The notes under the pieces are model-generated. The model was not told the origin of the DNA and did not search any database. It saw only the letters and a program-made list of their open reading frames with translations. 64,000 bases of DNA. Source: Gammaproteobacteria bacterium (GTDB lineage: Bacteria; Pseudomonadota; Gammaproteobacteria; G965277405). Of the stretch, positions 60,586 to 64,000 are shown one piece after another. The position numbers were made by a program, and so were the translations under genes. Numbering within the stretch: the stretch's first letter is position 1; every line of letters starts with the position of its first letter. The stretch lies in contig OZ255726.1 of assembly GCA_965277405.1 (NCBI GenBank), positions 1,024,001-1,088,000 on the forward strand, written 5' to 3'.

Positions 60586-61635
60586 ATGCAGACGCAAGCA
60601 ATAATTATTAACAGGTATGGTTCTGTTGTTGAAATCACCCTGAATCGCCCACGAGTTCATAATGTCCTCAATATGGACATGGTCGAAACATTGATCGAAG
60701 TCCTTAAACAATGCCGCGATGATTCGACCATACATTGCCTGTTGATTCGCGGCAAAGGTGCTAAGGCATTTTGTGCAGGTGGTGATGTTCGTAGCGCGTA
60801 TGATGCTTGGGAAGCACAAGAGTATGCGAAAACCTTAGCGCTTTTTGAGGCGGAATACCGGCTCAATAAAATAATTTATGAATACCACAAGCTAATTATC
60901 GTATGGGCGAATGGGATAACAATGGGCGGTGGTCTGGGTATATTACAAAGCGCACGCATTCGCATCATTACGCCTGAAACATTGATTGCAATGCCAGAAA
61001 TTCATATTGGTTTGATACCAGATGTTGGTGCTGCCCAGTTTTTAAATGCAACGCGTAAACGGCTCGGGCGCTATTTGGCGTTGACAGGCGATACCATCAG
61101 TGCTGCTGATGCAATTTATCTGGGCTTGGCGAATTGGTGTGTAGAGCATAATAAATATGCTGGCTTTCGTACCGCATTGAGCAAATTTGATTGGATGGCG
61201 CATAAGCGTGACGAAGCGTTGAGCTTAGATGCGATGCTCGAGCGTCGCATGGTAAAACTTCCGCTTAGTCAAATTGAAAAACACAGTAGTATATTAGTAG
61301 AAATAATGAACAACACCGATATTGCTATTGTGATTGAAGCATTCAAGCAAGCAGCTGAAGCGTCGCCATTCTTACAAAAAGGGCTACGAAAAATGCGCTA
61401 TGGTTCACCACTTGCCTTGTCGCTGACATGGGAGCATTTACGCATGAAGCACAAGCATTGTTTTAATAAAGTTGCAGCACTAGCCGCAGATTATACCGTG
61501 ATAAAAAGCTTGTTAGAATGTGGTGAGTTTTCAGAAGGGGTGCGTGCATTATTAGTGGATAAAGATCGTAACCCCCAGTGGTCAATGGTAGCGAATGAGC
61601 TGGCGTCATTTAGTAATAGTCGTAGAGAAAAATGA
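60586..61635 (+). CDS. Enoyl-CoA hydratase family protein (3-hydroxyisobutyryl-CoA hydrolase-like)
   Basis: ITLNRP, AFCAGGDV, GITMGGG, AMPE..IGLIPDVG, EFSEGVRALLVDKDRNPQW. Confidence 0.9.
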   Translation: MQTQAIIINRYGSVVEITLNRPRVHNVLNMDMVETLIEVLKQCRDDSTIHCLLIRGKGAKAFCAGGDVRSAYDAWEAQEYAKTLALFEAEYRLNKIIYEYHKLIIVWANGITMGGGLGILQSARIRIITPETLIAMPEIHIGLIPDVGAAQFLNATRKRLGRYLALTGDTISAADAIYLGLANWCVEHNKYAGFRTALSKFDWMAHKRDEALSLDAMLERRMVKLPLSQIEKHSSILVEIMNNTDIAIVIEAFKQAAEASPFLQKGLRKMRYGSPLALSLTWEHLRMKHKHCFNKVAALAADYTVIKSLLECGEFSEGVRALLVDKDRNPQWSMVANELASFSNSRREK

Positions 61636-62141
61636 ACCATGCGCAGTTACAAGCTGATAAAAGTACCGCTGTGCATCACAAACTGAGGAGTGCGCTTAGT
61701 ACCTTTGCAACTGGTGTTTGTGTTGTCACATGCAGTGATGGCAACAGTGATTATGGCATGACATGCAACAGCTTTACTTCGGTGTCATTAAACCCAGCAA
61801 AAGTATTATGGTGTATTGATAATACAACATTGTATTATGAATCTTTTCATCATGCCCTTGGATATTGCGTGAATGTATTATCGCTTGAGCAGCATCACCT
61901 TGTAGAAAAATTCGCCCACGGTGATCACGCCCAACGCTTTGCTGGAGTGCCGGTAACTAGGCTTGCTTCAGGACGGTTGCAAATAGATGGTGCAGTTGCT
62001 TGGTTTGACTGCACGCTTGAGCGTGCAATTCCTGCTGGTGACCACCATGTTCTACTTGCCAATATCGACGCATTCTCACAAAAAGCCGGCGAGTTGTTAG
62101 TGTTTGGTCATAGTAAATTAGGCTGTTTGCGCAATCTCTGA
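61632..62141 (+). CDS. Flavin reductase family protein (HpaC/RutF-like)
   Basis: LRSALSTFATGVCVVT, GMTCNSFTSVSLNP, AGDH. Confidence 0.92.
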   Translation: MNHAQLQADKSTAVHHKLRSALSTFATGVCVVTCSDGNSDYGMTCNSFTSVSLNPAKVLWCIDNTTLYYESFHHALGYCVNVLSLEQHHLVEKFAHGDHAQRFAGVPVTRLASGRLQIDGAVAWFDCTLERAIPAGDHHVLLANIDAFSQKAGELLVFGHSKLGCLRNL

Positions 62142-62215
62142 AACCGCTGATGACGTTATTAATCAGTGCGTGTATTATATATCCTGTCATCCTGCAAAAA
62201 CACGTTGCTACGCTA
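62141..62215 (+). mobile_element. Possible short MITE remnant
   Basis: CGCTGATGA-N10-CAGTGCG...CTGCAA...ACGTT matches the left internal part of the 54343-54628 copy with the same N10 spacing. Confidence 0.35.
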
Positions 62216-62334
62216 CTGATATTGCAACTGTAAAAATCATATAAACAATCCTCGCCGTCTGTTGTTGTTGGCGATAGAATATTGAGTAATTATTTGTTTT
62301 GTTAATTGTCTGAATTCTAAATAGAGGGTGTAAT

Positions 62335-63672
62335 ATGAACACAGAGCAGCAACGTGATTTAGCAATGCATTTGACACCATTTAGCAACTGGCATCAAGAT
62401 CAACAGCGTGGTGGGCGCCGCGTCATTGTTCGCGGTGAAGGCGTGTATGTATATGATGCTGCAGGCAATCAATTCATTGATGGGATGTCAGGGCTATGGA
62501 CGAATATGCTTGGTCACTCCAATACACAGGTCATCAATGCCGCCATTCAACAATTGCAACAATTACCGTTTTACAACACTTTTTTTAACACAACCAACCC
62601 GCCAATTGCTGAGCTTTCACGCCTGCTTAGCGAAGTAACACCACCACAATTCTCACACTTTATCTATGGCTGCAGCGGCTCGGATGCAATCGATACAATG
62701 TATAAAGTTGTCCGTGCGTATTGGCAAGGTCGCGGTAATAGCGACAAACGCATAATTGTTGCGCGTAAAAACGCCTATCATGGATCGAGTGTATTTGGTG
62801 CCGCGCTTGGGGGCATGCAGCCGATGAATGACCTCACGGCAACATTCGACATCATTCGCCACATCAATCAACCGTATACCTTTGGCGCAGGAGTTGCTTA
62901 TAACGATGCGGATTTTGGGCTAGCGATGGCTGCAGAATTGCAGCAACTCGTCGATACAGTGGGTGCAAATACTATCGCGGCATTTGTCGGTGAGCCAGTA
63001 CAAGGTGCTGGCGGGGTGATTGTTCCCCCAGAAAACTACTGGCCAGCAATCGAAAAAATTTGTCGCAGCAATGATATTTTGCTCGTCTGCGATGAAGTTA
63101 TCACCGGATTTGGCAGGACCGGGAAATGGTTTGGCCATCAACACTATGGCATCAACCCAGATATTCTTACTATTGCAAAAGCCTTGAGCGCGGGCTATTT
63201 TCCTATTTCTGCCGTTGCCATTAACGATACTGTCGCTGCCGTTGTTTTGGATATAGATAACGAGTTTGCCCATGGTTATACATGGTCTGGTCACCCAGTA
63301 ATGGCCGCAGCTGCTTGCGCGAGCGTTGCGTATTGTCTTGAACATAACATCCCCGCAATGGCAGCGCAACAAGGTAAAGTATACGGTCAGCACTTAGAGA
63401 CACTGTTGCAATATCCGCTCGTTGGTGAAGTGCGTAACCTTGGGTTGATGGGTGCAATTGAGCTGGTGAAAAATAAGAAAAGTTGCGACAGGTTCGAGAC
63501 AAAAATTGGCAGCGAATGCCGCGATTTGTTGTTCGAGCATGGAGTGATTATGCGCTCATGCGGCGAAGTCATTGTTAGTGCTCCGCCTGCCACCATAACT
63601 GCTGGTGAGCTTGAAGCAATGTTCAAGGCTGTGCATACTGTTTTGCGGATGTTGAGCGATAAATATTGCTAA
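62335..63672 (+). CDS. Class-III aminotransferase (putrescine-pyruvate/SpuC-like)
   Basis: DGMSGLW, SGSDA, AYHGS, AAFVGEPVQGAGGV, DEVITGFGRTG, IAKALSAGY, HGYTWSGHP. Confidence 0.9.
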   Translation: MNTEQQRDLAMHLTPFSNWHQDQQRGGRRVIVRGEGVYVYDAAGNQFIDGMSGLWTNMLGHSNTQVINAAIQQLQQLPFYNTFFNTTNPPIAELSRLLSEVTPPQFSHFIYGCSGSDAIDTMYKVVRAYWQGRGNSDKRIIVARKNAYHGSSVFGAALGGMQPMNDLTATFDIIRHINQPYTFGAGVAYNDADFGLAMAAELQQLVDTVGANTIAAFVGEPVQGAGGVIVPPENYWPAIEKICRSNDILLVCDEVITGFGRTGKWFGHQHYGINPDILTIAKALSAGYFPISAVAINDTVAAVVLDIDNEFAHGYTWSGHPVMAAAACASVAYCLEHNIPAMAAQQGKVYGQHLETLLQYPLVGEVRNLGLMGAIELVKNKKSCDRFETKIGSECRDLLFEHGVIMRSCGEVIVSAPPATITAGELEAMFKAVHTVLRMLSDKYC

Positions 63673-63911
63673 GTACGCGCTGATGCAAGCGCCGGTGAGA
63701 TTTTTTGTCCGCTACAACGCAGTGAAGCAAGACACCAGTCAACGCTTATGCCATCCACTCTGATGACATTGCGCTGGCGGTGTGACGCTATACAGCGCTG
63801 GATACGCTACTATAACAGCTTGCTGCGAGAGAGATAACCACACAATGCGATACAGTCTTGGTATGCACCTTAGGTCGTATCAGCCCCTCTAATTGCCATT
63901 GTGATTTTAAG

Positions 63912-64000
63912 ATGTCAATATTTGCCTTGCTAATTGTGCTTGGCGCCGCGTTTTGCCACGCTGGCTGGAATTTTCTTTTCAAACGTGTCAACGGTGGCGT
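63912..64000 (+). CDS. EamA/DMT family transporter (5' end only)
   Basis: Not in ORF track. Manual translation MSIFALLIVLGAAFCHAGWNFLFKRVNGG shows the 'L.AA..HA.WN...K' first helix of EamA-type exporters. Confidence 0.7.
   Translation, partial: MSIFALLIVLGAAFCHAGWNFLFKRVNGG

Noticed and set aside
63673-63911. Further possible MITE relics here and at ~37630-37670
   Set aside because: Only short, gapped similarity (AAGT..CGCTGATG, AAGTCGC), not distinguishable from chance by eye.
63788-63991. 67-aa minus-strand ORF at the window end
   Set aside because: Overlaps the plus-strand EamA-like start at 63912, which has a recognisable motif.

Overview
Chromosomal replication-origin region of a divergent, gene-dense gammaproteobacterium (lineage inferred from gene content and protein character, not from a search). 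It runs dsbB(partial)-gyrB-dnaN-dnaA, a parS site and a DnaA-box cluster (oriC), then about 50 mostly housekeeping genes: a partial rnf cluster, mutM, argH, lolCD, tRNA-Lys, nadA, a broken purL, sprT-recG-polA, dsbA, moeB, nadC, thyA, lgt, a three-lipoprotein cluster, purD, accA, xth, a polyamine-type ABC transporter, iscRSUA, ssb, alaS, lysC, an AddB-like nuclease, folP, aroKB, hisI, ilvA, rpiA, dut and a class-III aminotransferase. No transposase, integrase, prophage, rRNA or CRISPR array is visible. Main highlights: (1) a SprT zinc metalloprotease with an extra zinc finger and a C-terminal QLSLF beta-clamp-binding motif, coupled to recG and followed by polA, a candidate bacterial analogue of SPRTN replication-coupled protease repair; (2) a ~300-bp IS5-type MITE family (TIR GGAAGCTCTGATTAA, CTAA/TTAG target) whose intact and decayed copies fill most large intergenic gaps and sit where conserved operons are broken; (3) folP enclosed by a pair of those MITE ends like a cassette; (4) purL frameshifted and lacking its SEHCRH active-site segment; (5) an origin with a DnaA-box/DnaA-trio layout. 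All alignments were done by eye.
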